A stretch of 64,000 nt of DNA from Terriglobales bacterium (GCA_025934025.1 JAICYU010000001.1:587-64586), one strand, 5' to 3'. Shown: positions 8,510 through 17,177, counted from the stretch's first letter. The notes: generated by a model from the sequence alone, not told the origin. A program made the numbers and translations.

Positions 8510-8716
8510 TCCTCTGCCCCTGCACGGCGCTGCAACACGCAGACCTCATGGAAGTGAAGTATTGACGTGCCTGGAAGTGACTGGCGTGACCAGCGGCCGG
8601 ATCTTACGGAGTCCCGACGGGGCCATAAGACTCCTTCGACTATAGCAACGCCCCAAACCACTGTCAAACCCGCTCAGCGCGATTTTTGGCCGTTCTCTGG
8701 TGTATCTTCCTTGACG

Positions 8717-9193
8717 ATGGACTTCCTCTTCACGCCCTGGCGATATGCCTATGTCACCGGCCAGGAATCACCCTCCGGCTGTCTTTTCTGTGGACTTTTG
8801 CGGCGAGGAAACGACGAGAGCAGCATGATTGTCCACCGCGGACAGCACTGCTTCGTGATGCTTAACGCTTTCCCGTACACCTCCGGGCATGTGATGTTGG
8901 TCCCATATCAACACACAGACGAGATCCAGAAACTGGATTCGGCTGCAGCGACCGAAATGATCACAACAGCTCAGAAAACTGAGGGCATTTTGCGCGAGCT
9001 TTACCATCCCGACGGGTTGAATCTGGGCATGAACCTGGGACGCGCTGCCGGCGCCGGCGTCGCCGACCACATCCATCTGCACATGCTGCCGCGCTGGGTG
9101 GCCGACTCCAATTTTATGAGCGTCGTGGGTGAAACGCGCGTGCTGCCGGAAGATTTGCACACGACTTACCGGCGCATTAGAGAGAAGTTCTAG
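8717..9193 (+). CDS. HIT family nucleotide hydrolase/transferase
   Basis: The track ORF is 8567..9193, and the ATG at 8717 gives MDFLFTPWRYAYV. The histidine triad is present (GVADHIHLHMLPRW) along with NAFPYTSGHVMLVP. Confidence 0.8.
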   Translation: MDFLFTPWRYAYVTGQESPSGCLFCGLLRRGNDESSMIVHRGQHCFVMLNAFPYTSGHVMLVPYQHTDEIQKLDSAAATEMITTAQKTEGILRELYHPDGLNLGMNLGRAAGAGVADHIHLHMLPRWVADSNFMSVVGETRVLPEDLHTTYRRIREKF

Positions 9194-9654
9194 CCTTTGC
9201 GTGATTTCATAGCCGCCATCACCGCTTCAGCGTGCTCTTCCGGCTTCACACCGTTGATGATTGCCGAAACCGTTCCTTGCGGACTAATCACGAACGTTGT
9301 GCGGTCAATCCCCATATATTTTTTGCCGTACATGCTCTTCTCCTTGAGCACGCCGAACTTTTTGGCCACGGCTTTGTCTTCATCGGCCAGCAAGGAATAG
9401 GGAAGGTCGTACTTTTCCTTGAATTTCTTCTGCGCCGAGGGCTTGTCACCGGAAATGCCCAGCACTACCGCTCCGGAGCGCTGAATTTTTTGAAATGCGT
9501 CGCGGAACCCGCACGCTTCCAGCGTTCAACCGGGAGTGTTTGCCTTGGGATAAAAAAACAGCACCAGGTCCTTGCCGCGGTAGTCCTTCAGCGAAACGCT
9601 CTTGCCCTCTTCATTGACGAGCGTAAAGTCAGGGGCTTTATCATTAACTTGCAT
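9190..9654 (-). CDS. bcp: thiol peroxidase Bcp/PrxQ (peroxiredoxin) with in-frame TGA at the peroxidatic position (candidate selenocysteine)
   Basis: One frame of 155 codons runs from the ATG at 9654: MQVNDKAPDFTLVNEEGKSVSLKDYRGKDLVLFFYPKANTPG[TGA 9528..9526]TLEACGFRDAFQKIQRSGAVVLGISGDKPSAQKKFKEKYDLPYSLLADED... The track reports only the C-terminal 91 aa (9190..9465). The family motif is FYPKD.TPGCT.E.C. Confidence 0.7.
9497..9516 (-). promoter_or_regulatory. SECIS-like hairpin downstream of the in-frame UGA
   Basis: The minus strand reads UGA ACGCUGGAA GCGUGCGG-GUU-CCGC(G)ACGC. The stem is 8 bp with one bulged G and starts 10 nt after the UGA. The G/U apical loop lies about 20 nt from the UGA. 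Confidence 0.5.
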
Positions 9655-9677
9655 AAGTTTTACGGGTTAAAGATCTC

Positions 9678-10892
9678 ATGAATTTATATCGCAGAAGTTC
9701 ATTTGCGGCCAGCCTGCTGATTGTGCTCACCCTGCTGGCGATCGCGCCTTCCTTGGCGCAGCGGCAGAAAGCCCATAAGCTGCGCGCAACGGCACTGCTG
9801 GAGTTAACCACCAGTCCGAAAGGCATCATCAGCTCGCGGCTCACGCCGATTGTGATCCTGGACGATGGCCGTTTTAACGATGCCAGCGTGTACAAGGCGA
9901 GACCGCGTCCCATGGCGGCCGAGATTGGCGTAGTGTACGAAGCCCAGAAATCGGGCGTGCCGGAGGGTTATGTGACCATCACGGGCGCAGCGATGAACGG
10001 AGGCTTGTGGACCGCGATGGGCAAATGGCAATCGGCGCAACAGCTCGCAAAGAAAGAAGCTCCCACCCCGACGCCTCCGAACAGTGAAGATGACCGCCCG
10101 ATTCTGCACCGAGGCGATGCTTCAGCCAATTCACCCGCTTCCAATCCTTCTGCAACACCTGCACCGCAAACAGCGTCCACGCCGGAGCCGCAAGTCACGC
10201 CCGTGCCGGAAGCAGAAGGCGATGACACCGGCCGGCCTATCTTGCGGCGGCGGGCCCCCAACGCTGGAACCACAGCAACTCCGGAGTCATCTCCTTCACC
10301 CACGCCGCAGTCATCGCTCACTCCCAAACCAAAATCGGTTACGCCCGGCACCGAGATCATGGTTGCAGTTTCTGATAATCAGCCCTCAGACGAGCGTTCA
10401 TATCTCTATCAATGGAAGCCCGGAGAGGAGCAGCAGATGCAGGTAAAACTGCGTCGTCTGGCCCTGGCCCAGCTTCCGCCGGAAAACGCCGCACTCGAGG
10501 ACAATGCGCTGCAAAATGTGCTGATCCGTTCTTTCGACCTTGATCTGACGAATGAGCCCGTGATGGTCTTAACGGCAGAGGTCCCCGGCAGCTATCTGAC
10601 TCCAACCAAGAAGACGACGTCGCCAAAGTTCGTTTCGCGCTACATCACTCTGATTGCCCGCGGCGACTACGAGCAGAACCTGCAACGGCTGGCTGTGAGC
10701 ATTACTGATTCTTCACGTCTCGATGTTGCGCCCCGTCTTGAGCTGATTGACGCAGTTGACGTGGACGGTGACGGCTACGCCGAACTGCTGTTCCGCGAAT
10801 ACGGCTTCGATCAAAAGCAGTTTGTGGTCTATGCAGTCGGCCGCGGAACGGTCACCAAGCTTTTTGAAGGCGCCGGCGGGCCGCGGAAGTAG
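9678..10892 (+). CDS. secreted hypothetical protein with Pro/Thr/Ser-rich linker and C-terminal FG-GAP-like motif
   Basis: The signal peptide is MNLYRRSSFAASLLIVLTLLAIAPSLAQ. A low-complexity linker (PTPTPPNSEDD..PSATPAPQTASTPEPQVTPVPEAEGDD..SPSPTPQSSLTPKPKSVTP) follows. The C-terminal region contains DAVDVDGDGYAELLF. Confidence 0.6.
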   Translation: MNLYRRSSFAASLLIVLTLLAIAPSLAQRQKAHKLRATALLELTTSPKGIISSRLTPIVILDDGRFNDASVYKARPRPMAAEIGVVYEAQKSGVPEGYVTITGAAMNGGLWTAMGKWQSAQQLAKKEAPTPTPPNSEDDRPILHRGDASANSPASNPSATPAPQTASTPEPQVTPVPEAEGDDTGRPILRRRAPNAGTTATPESSPSPTPQSSLTPKPKSVTPGTEIMVAVSDNQPSDERSYLYQWKPGEEQQMQVKLRRLALAQLPPENAALEDNALQNVLIRSFDLDLTNEPVMVLTAEVPGSYLTPTKKTTSPKFVSRYITLIARGDYEQNLQRLAVSITDSSRLDVAPRLELIDAVDVDGDGYAELLFREYGFDQKQFVVYAVGRGTVTKLFEGAGGPRK

Positions 10893-10969
10893 GACAAGGG
10901 AGCGCGGCCCCCCTCGCAGAAGAATCTCTGCAAGAGATATAACAACCTGTGTTATACTAGAAAAACGAG

Positions 10970-11656
10970 ATGGAACGAGACCTGCGCAAATCACGCAATT
11001 CAAAAGGGTTAACTCAGAGTGAAGTTGCGGTCAAGCTAAGGGTTACTCAGGCGTATATATCAATGCTGGAAAAAGGGGAGCGCCAGTTGTCAGCGAAACA
11101 ACTCCGCGCTCTGGTGGATCTTTACGGACTTTCTCCAACTGCGCTCTCACTTACCACGCGTAAGACCAGGAAAAAAGTTGATAACAAGGAAATTGCTGTT
11201 CAGCTTGCTGCGCTCGGCTATCCGGGATTCTCCTACCTAAGTAAGCTCCGGCCACGCCAGAACCCGGCGAAGGTCCTAATGACGGCCCTTACAAACGATA
11301 ATCTGGAAGCGCGTGTAGCCGAGGGACTGCCTTGGCTCGTCTATACCTATAGCGACTTAAACTGGAGCTGGTGTGCTGATCAAGCGAAAGCCGCAAGTGT
11401 GACAAACCGGCTGGGGTTCATCCTGACTCTGGCGAGAGGGCTTGCGGAACTTCATGGGAATACGACAACAGCAGCGGTTCTGAGCGATATCGAAGCTCGC
11501 CTCAAACCAGCCGTGCTTTTGCGGCCGCAAACACTTTGCCGTGAACGCATGACCCAGGCCGAGCGACGCTGGCTCGAGACTCACAGGAGTGCCCAAGCCT
11601 TGGAATGGAACGTTCTCTCAGACATTTCGAGCCAATCTCTGGTCCATGCCAGCTAG
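10970..11656 (+). CDS. XRE-family helix-turn-helix protein with about 160 aa C-terminal domain
   Basis: The N-terminus (LRKSRNSKGLTQSEVAVKLRVTQAYISMLEKGERQLSAKQLRALVDLYGL) is a classic HTH_XRE. The region is visibly more A/T-rich than its neighbours. Confidence 0.75.
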   Translation: MERDLRKSRNSKGLTQSEVAVKLRVTQAYISMLEKGERQLSAKQLRALVDLYGLSPTALSLTTRKTRKKVDNKEIAVQLAALGYPGFSYLSKLRPRQNPAKVLMTALTNDNLEARVAEGLPWLVYTYSDLNWSWCADQAKAASVTNRLGFILTLARGLAELHGNTTTAAVLSDIEARLKPAVLLRPQTLCRERMTQAERRWLETHRSAQALEWNVLSDISSQSLVHAS

Positions 11657-12194
11657 TGTTCCTTCCGAACCATGGCATTCGTTTCTCAACGACGTTGATG
11701 CCTTACTGCACAGGGAAGTGCTGCTTCATTGTTTGGGCGGATTCGTGATCGCGCAAATTTACGCTTTGCCGCGGCCCACGGTTGACGTAGACACGCTGGT
11801 GATTGTTCCCGGCGAGGAATCAAAGAACCTGATATCGAACGCGGGCAAGGGCTCAGAATTGCACCGGAAATACAAGGTGTACCTGGATTTGGTAACTGTT
11901 GCTGATGCTCCTGAGAATTACGAGGCCCGGCTCACTGAGATGTTCGTCGGAGCGTATCAGCATCTGCACCTTTTCGCTCTCGATCCCTATGATCTGGCAC
12001 TGGCGAAACTGGGACGCAATAGTGAACGCGATCGCGAAGATGTGCTTCGTCTGGCGAGAAAAACCCCGTTTGAGTTAGACTTGCTGAAGCAGAGATATGA
12101 AGAAGAACTCCGCCCTTACATTGCGAACCAACAGCGGAACGATTTAACCGTGGAATTGTGGATGGAGATGATTGCAGAAGACCGTGGTCAGTGA
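11646..12194 (+). CDS. nucleotidyltransferase-fold protein (DUF6036/MNT-like)
   Basis: The ATG at 11646 overlaps the upstream stop by 11 nt. LHCLGGFVIAQIYALPRPTVDVDTLV fits the hG[GS]..x..D.D minimal nucleotidyltransferase motif. PYDLALAKLGRNSERDREDVLRLA follows. The DUF assignment is from memory. Confidence 0.6.
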   Translation: MPASVPSEPWHSFLNDVDALLHREVLLHCLGGFVIAQIYALPRPTVDVDTLVIVPGEESKNLISNAGKGSELHRKYKVYLDLVTVADAPENYEARLTEMFVGAYQHLHLFALDPYDLALAKLGRNSERDREDVLRLARKTPFELDLLKQRYEEELRPYIANQQRNDLTVELWMEMIAEDRGQ

Positions 12195-13513
12195 GGCGGG
12201 CCCACCGCCCAGCTCTCCAACTGATTGATCTGCCGCAGAAGTTGCACCTGTGCTTTATCCAATTCAAAAGTGGAATTCAGGTAGGCAGTATAGCGCTCGT
12301 GCTCAGTGACGCGCGCGTTCTGCTGGTCCTTCAGCGTCGCCTGGCCTGACTGGATCTTGGCTTCTGTGCCCTCAATATCGGCTTGCGCCAGATCGTGCTC
12401 GAGCTGTGCTACGTCGCGCGCTGCCGTAAGCTGCTCCACCGAGCGCTGAAGTTTCAGAGTGTCGCTGCTGACCTGCTGTTTCACGTTACGCGCCTCTTCC
12501 CGAGCTTTCTGCGCGTCAAAGCGGGCCACATCCGCCGCAGCGCGCTGCACAGGATTGAGGAAGTAAAAGCGGAAGGCTGCGCCGGCAGTCACGTTGTGCC
12601 TCTGGAATTTCAAGAAGAACTGATCGTAGTTGTTGAAGCGCGCCAGCACGGCGTATTGGGCGGCCAGATCAATGGACGGAAAGAGTTGCTTGTGTTCTGC
12701 CTTGGCCCGGTGTTCTTTGGCTTGTGCAACAAAGTTCGCCACTGTCACCGCCAGGTTCTTGTCCGCAGCTTCAGAAGGAAGGTCCTGGTCCTTGGAGACC
12801 TCGGGAATCTTGGGAATTGTCTCCGTCGAAGTGATAATCGCGCCCAGCGGGAGCCCCGTCAGTTGCGACAGACGCAGACGTAATTCATCCGCGGCCGATT
12901 GCGCCTGGGCAATGTCCAACCGAGTGTGTGCAACAGCGAGCTTGGCTCGCGTCAGGTCCACGGAGCTGTCGAGACCGGCCTCAACACGTTGATTGACGAT
13001 CTCCTGCAGGCGCGCTGCGGCCTGCTGCTGCTCGCGCTGCACGGGAATGGAAGAATCGAGCAGATCAAGCTGCATATAACTGAGCGCCGTCTCCATGATG
13101 ATGTCATTGCGGCGGTCGGCGTTTTGCGCTTCTGTAACCTTAACGTCGTCTTTCGCAGCGCGGATGTACTCTCGCTGGGCCAGGTTGAACAGCCCTTCCT
13201 GAACATTCACGTTGAACACGGAAGGCGCCGCGCCTTCCAGACTTAAAGGGAATCCATAAGAAAAGCCCAGCCCGGAGCCGATAACCGCCTGTGGCAGGAA
13301 GAAATCCCGAGTCTGTGTAACGGCGGCATGAGCGCGCTGCAAATCGTTCCGATTGATGCCCACGGTCGCGCTGTTCTTCAATGCCAATTCAATCGCCGTG
13401 CGAAACTCAAGCGGCTTAGTTTCCTGCGAAGGGCTCTGTTCTTGCGCATTCACACGCGCCAGCAGCGAGAAGATCAGAACGAGAATGGAGAGTCTGCGGA
13501 ACTGCAAGGTCAT
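12188..13513 (-). CDS. TolC-family outer membrane efflux protein
   Basis: The signal peptide is MTLQFRRLSILVLIFSLLARVNAQ. Two OEP-type repeats are present, and LEFRTAIELALKNS, typical of the TolC N-terminus, follows. Confidence 0.8.
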   Translation of the reverse strand: MTLQFRRLSILVLIFSLLARVNAQEQSPSQETKPLEFRTAIELALKNSATVGINRNDLQRAHAAVTQTRDFFLPQAVIGSGLGFSYGFPLSLEGAAPSVFNVNVQEGLFNLAQREYIRAAKDDVKVTEAQNADRRNDIIMETALSYMQLDLLDSSIPVQREQQQAAARLQEIVNQRVEAGLDSSVDLTRAKLAVAHTRLDIAQAQSAADELRLRLSQLTGLPLGAIITSTETIPKIPEVSKDQDLPSEAADKNLAVTVANFVAQAKEHRAKAEHKQLFPSIDLAAQYAVLARFNNYDQFFLKFQRHNVTAGAAFRFYFLNPVQRAAADVARFDAQKAREEARNVKQQVSSDTLKLQRSVEQLTAARDVAQLEHDLAQADIEGTEAKIQSGQATLKDQQNARVTEHERYTAYLNSTFELDKAQVQLLRQINQLESWAVGPPH

Positions 13514-13555
13514 GCTCCACCTGTAGTTGAGAATGAATTGCGGAAAAACTGGATT

Positions 13556-14512
13556 CTATCGGGAAATGCGGGCCAGTGCATCCCGTGCCGCGTGGTATTC
13601 GGGAGCAAGCGCCAGGGCTGCGCGATACTCGTCAGCCGCAGCTTTCCTGTTGCCTTGCTTTTCCAGCAGAGTACCCAGCATCAGATGCGCGTGGAACGCG
13701 GGTCCATCTTCTGCGAGATGTCCTCCGAAGAGATAACTGCGCAGCATCTGAATCGCTCCCGGAAGATTGCGGCTGGTGCGGAGAAGAAGATAAGCGCCAT
13801 CGTAGTCAGGAAGATTTGACTGGTTCGATGCCCTCAACGACTGCGAGATGGCGGTTTCCATGTCCTGCATTCTGCCGGCGCGGCGGTAGAAGTAGGCCAG
13901 CTCCGTCCAGTAACGCGAATCGTTGCCGCTGCTGGTGATTGCCTTCTTGTATTCCTGCTCAGCCTGGCTGTTGCCTTGCTTCTCGTCTACGCGGGCGCGA
14001 ATGTAATCGGCCAATCCAGGGTTTTTCGCGGCTACCGCATCGGCCTGCTGCCGGGCTTTGCTCTTGTCGCCGCCCAAAAAACCGGGTGCTTCCAGGTAAT
14101 ACTCGGCGAGATCTGCGCGCGCTGAGAAATTGTTTCCATCCAGCGCCACCGCGCGCTCAAACTCCGCGTGAACGCGACGCGCCAGATTGAACGCAGTAAA
14201 GGGATTTGAATTTTCCGCCTTGCGGCCGGCGGCTCGGCCCAGCCATTCATGATAGGCGCTGTTCTGCGGCGACAATGCGACCGATTTCTCCGCCATCTTC
14301 AGCGAAGCGTCCCATAGCTCAAGCTGGTAATCAAGCCGGCAAAGCAGATGGTACGCCTGCGCATTGTTCGGGTCTTGCTGCACCTGCTGGTTCAGCATGC
14401 GGCGGGCATCGGCAGCACGACCGGTCCGGAGCAGGTCTTCCGGAGTGACTTGCGCGCCAGCCAGAGGAGCCAGAAAGAGAATAGCCAGAAAGACCCGAAC
14501 GGCAGTGATCAA
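13556..14512 (-). CDS. secreted tetratricopeptide repeat protein
   Basis: The protein has a signal peptide (MITAVRVFLAILFLAPLAGAQ) and repeated A..Y..LG/A.YY..AG TPR-like units. Its TTG start overlaps the stop of the upstream adaptor gene (TTGA). Confidence 0.7.
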   Translation of the reverse strand: MITAVRVFLAILFLAPLAGAQVTPEDLLRTGRAADARRMLNQQVQQDPNNAQAYHLLCRLDYQLELWDASLKMAEKSVALSPQNSAYHEWLGRAAGRKAENSNPFTAFNLARRVHAEFERAVALDGNNFSARADLAEYYLEAPGFLGGDKSKARQQADAVAAKNPGLADYIRARVDEKQGNSQAEQEYKKAITSSGNDSRYWTELAYFYRRAGRMQDMETAISQSLRASNQSNLPDYDGAYLLLRTSRNLPGAIQMLRSYLFGGHLAEDGPAFHAHLMLGTLLEKQGNRKAAADEYRAALALAPEYHAARDALARISR

Positions 14513-15759
14513 CGTTCGACCACCTTAACTTCCATTCCTCCATGCAGCGGCTGCGAGTTCATAGCGCCCAGCGCCACCTGCATTCCTTCAGAGACGCCGG
14601 AGGTGATTTCCACACGTGTCAGGCTGGAGATTCCGGTTTGCACCTGCTGCGGCTGGACCTTGTTATTGGCGATCTCGTAAACGTAACGCTTTCCTTCAAT
14701 GTCATGGACGGCCTCGCGGGAAACCGTGAGAGCGTCCATGTGGCGCGCGGTAATGATGCTTACGTTCACATTCACGTTAGGCAGCAGCTTGCGATCGAAG
14801 TTATCAATCAATGTTGTAGTCTCGCCCACGGTGCGGGTTCCAACCGTGGTCACCACGCTCGGAACTCGAGTGAGCATGCCTTCCCAGACTCGCCCGGGAA
14901 TGGCATCCCAGCGAATTTCGACCTTCTGATCTTTGGCCAGCCTTCCAATTTCCGGCTCATCCACAAATGCCCGGACCTGCATCCTTTCGAGATCGGCGAC
15001 TTGAACCAGCAGCTCGCCGCCCTGCACATAGGAACCCGCCTTCACCGGAAGCTGGTAAACCGTCCCGGCAAATGGAGCGTGGATGTTGGAGTTTTTCAGC
15101 AAGTCCTGAGCTGCGGCATAGGCTGCGCGAGCTTGTTCCGCATTCGCCTGCACCCGCTGAACTTCCGGTGATGAGTAGCGCCCGGTGAGCTTGGATTGGA
15201 GAAGCTGGGCATCAGCATCCGCTTTTTGCAGACGGCTCTTCGCCGCGTCTACTTCCGCGGGTGAGGCTGCGCCCTGCTGCTGCAGGTGCTGCACGGCTTC
15301 AAGATTTCGCTGTGCGTCGTCGCGCTCCGCCTGCGCCTTGCTGAGGTCAGCCTTTGTGGTCAGGACTTCTTCGTTGGTCCCTCCCGATTTCACCGCCTGC
15401 ATATCAGCTTCCGCAGCGCGAAGCTGGGCCAGCGCTTTCGCTGCGTCGGCGCGAGCCTGGGCGTCGTCCAATTGGACCAGAAGCTGCCCCGCCTTAACGT
15501 GATCGCCTTCCTTTACGAAAACACGTTTCACCGTTGCTGGAGCCGGCGCATGAGCTTCAAAGTTGTTGACCGGCTCAATCTTGCCATTGGTGGAGATGAC
15601 GCTGGCGATGTTCTGGCGTGCAACCATTTCCGCGCGTACGGCCACCACCGTGTTGCGCATTTTGATCCATCCCGAAAAGAGGAGGACAGCGATGGCCACC
15701 GCCGCCAAAATGGTGAGCAGCCGGGTTCTCTCTGAGCCGTTCTGATTTCTTCTTGCCAT
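14509..15759 (-). CDS. HlyD/MacA-type periplasmic membrane-fusion (adaptor) protein
   Basis: The protein has an N-terminal TM anchor, a long coiled-coil hairpin (AQARADAAKALAQLRAAEADMQAV...) and a beta-barrel C-terminal region (IHAPFAGTVYQLPVKAGSYV). Confidence 0.8.
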   Translation of the reverse strand: MARRNQNGSERTRLLTILAAVAIAVLLFSGWIKMRNTVVAVRAEMVARQNIASVISTNGKIEPVNNFEAHAPAPATVKRVFVKEGDHVKAGQLLVQLDDAQARADAAKALAQLRAAEADMQAVKSGGTNEEVLTTKADLSKAQAERDDAQRNLEAVQHLQQQGAASPAEVDAAKSRLQKADADAQLLQSKLTGRYSSPEVQRVQANAEQARAAYAAAQDLLKNSNIHAPFAGTVYQLPVKAGSYVQGGELLVQVADLERMQVRAFVDEPEIGRLAKDQKVEIRWDAIPGRVWEGMLTRVPSVVTTVGTRTVGETTTLIDNFDRKLLPNVNVNVSIITARHMDALTVSREAVHDIEGKRYVYEIANNKVQPQQVQTGISSLTRVEITSGVSEGMQVALGAMNSQPLHGGMEVKVVER

Positions 15760-15916
15760 GCAAACTTTTTAGTATATCCAAGCACAATCCCGCCTGCTCC
15801 TCAAAGAGGAGAGAACCACAGTCTGCACCTTGGGGCCGGAACGCCTTTGTTTAGATGCCGCGCATCAGGGCCAGTTACAAAAACTCAGTCAGGGCAAACA
15901 GAAGTCGCTTGCTACA

Positions 15917-16327
15917 ATGTGCGTGATGTCCCAGCGCACCGGCTACACGGAAAGCCACGCCAAAGCGGGGCTCGACCACCGTTTCCCGCCCATTGATACC
16001 TGGCCCAACCAATTTCCATCATACGAAATTGTGATTGATATTCCTGAGTTCACCTCCGTGTGCCCCAAGACCGGGCTGCCGGACTTCGGCGTGCTCGAGA
16101 TCCGCTACATGCCGGACAAGCTTTGCCTGGAACTGAAGTCCCTCAAGGAGTACCTGACCGAGTACCGCAACCTCGGCATCTTCCAGGAGAACATCGTGAA
16201 TCGGATTCTGGAAGACGTGGCCTATGCGGCAAAACCGAAATGGACGATTGTGAAAGGCATCTTCCGTCCCCGAGGCGGGATTGGCACCACTGTTGAAGCG
16301 AGATGGCCGAGGAAGAGCAACAGATGA
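15917..16327 (+). CDS. queF: NADPH-dependent 7-cyano-7-deazaguanine (preQ0) reductase
   Basis: EFTSVCPKTGLPDFGVLEIRY contains the catalytic Cys, and LELKSLKEYL is the QueF motif. The start is at 15917 or 15926; the track ORF begins at 15830. Confidence 0.85.
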   Translation: MCVMSQRTGYTESHAKAGLDHRFPPIDTWPNQFPSYEIVIDIPEFTSVCPKTGLPDFGVLEIRYMPDKLCLELKSLKEYLTEYRNLGIFQENIVNRILEDVAYAAKPKWTIVKGIFRPRGGIGTTVEARWPRKSNR

Positions 16328-16490
16328 AAGCCGGCTGGCTTGCACCAGGATCACGCTAATTCCTAGCCGGAGCGCGGTGAGCTTCCGCTACGATTAAACC
16401 CGCAGACTGCCGAAAACTCAGCTTGAAGATGTAGCAGAAAAGGGAACCGCTCAATTAGATGGGAAATCATATCCATCCGCCTGCGGATAA

Positions 16491-16643
16491 GCGAGCAGGT
16501 CAGGGGCGGGTGACAACGGCAAGGCGATGGCGCTCACCAATTTCAAAGACACCAACCGCAGCCAGACCTTCTGCTATGACCTGCTGAACCGCTTCATCTC
16601 GAGGGCTTCTCCCGTATTGTTCTGTTTGCAAACGGGAAGATAG
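16491..16643 (+). pseudogene. short remnant of an RHS/YD-repeat protein gene
   Basis: The open frame between a TAA and a TAG reads ASRSGAGDNGKAMALTNFKDTNRSQTFCYDLLNRFISRAS.. The ..G.. T.F.YD.LNR. pattern is the YD-repeat consensus. The frame has no start, no context and only about 50 codons. Confidence 0.35.
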
Positions 16644-16739
16644 ATTCGCATCTGTTCGGACAGATAGCATCACTCATTATCAATCCCTCTGATCAGGTGA
16701 TCCGAAAAACCTGAGACTCACCAGAGAGAACAGCCGATC

Positions 16740-16955
16740 CTACTTGGTGAGGACGCGCATGTTGCTCCAGTCATATTCAAATTTCTGGCCGCAGTCGAGG
16801 CAAACGACGTAATGGCGGGCCGAAGCAGCGGCCGGAGCGTCCCATTGCGCGTTCACAGCGCGGCGCATAGGGACAGCTGCGGAGGCGGCAAACGGCTGCG
16901 AGATCTTCTTGTGCGAGCAGCGGATGGAGAGCAACTGGAGGATTTTGTTTACCAT
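16740..16955 (-). CDS. small hypothetical protein, possible zinc-ribbon
   Basis: The 71 aa ORF has C..H near the N-terminus (IRCSHKK) and CLDCGQKF near the C-terminus. It lies 222 nt downstream of the bactofilin gene on the same strand. Confidence 0.45.
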   Translation of the reverse strand: MVNKILQLLSIRCSHKKISQPFAASAAVPMRRAVNAQWDAPAAASARHYVVCLDCGQKFEYDWSNMRVLTK

Positions 16956-17177
16956 TTTCCGGTCTTCTATGCTGACTAACTGTTCAAACTAGGTCAAAGG
17001 AAGACTGTGTCACCCCTACGGGGCTTGCCTTCTTCTCGAACCGTTCCCCCTGCGCTGCTGCGCTGGGCCTACCGCGAGGTTTTTGTGGGGCGCTTCCCTC
17101 AGGAAAGCGCCCCGATTCCTGGAGCCGCTGGGGCGGGAAGCTCGCAAAATGAACTTCACGCCCAGTTGCGTCCGAGC

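Noticed and set aside
9190-9193. The HIT gene and the bcp gene share overlapping stop codons in the palindrome CTAG.
   Set aside because: The overlap is real but is a trivial consequence of convergent packing, and no functional inference is warranted.
9232-9681. A 149 aa + strand ORF covers the whole Bcp locus.
   Set aside because: It is antisense to a frame with a near-complete peroxiredoxin sequence, and it has no motifs of its own.
10080-10340. Several DNA stretches look repetitive: here, at 17600-17760, at 53100-53900 and at 54600-54900. I checked them as possible CRISPR arrays or tandem repeats.
   Set aside because: They are in-frame Pro/Thr/Ala/Ser-rich low-complexity coding segments of real genes. 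There is no regular repeat-spacer periodicity.
15871-15884. CCAGTTACAAAAAC upstream of queF resembles the 3' tail of a preQ1-I riboswitch (CCCAGUUAACAAAAC).
   Set aside because: I could not find a complementary P1 5' strand within the about 20 nt upstream that the roughly 34 nt aptamer requires. The match is probably chance.
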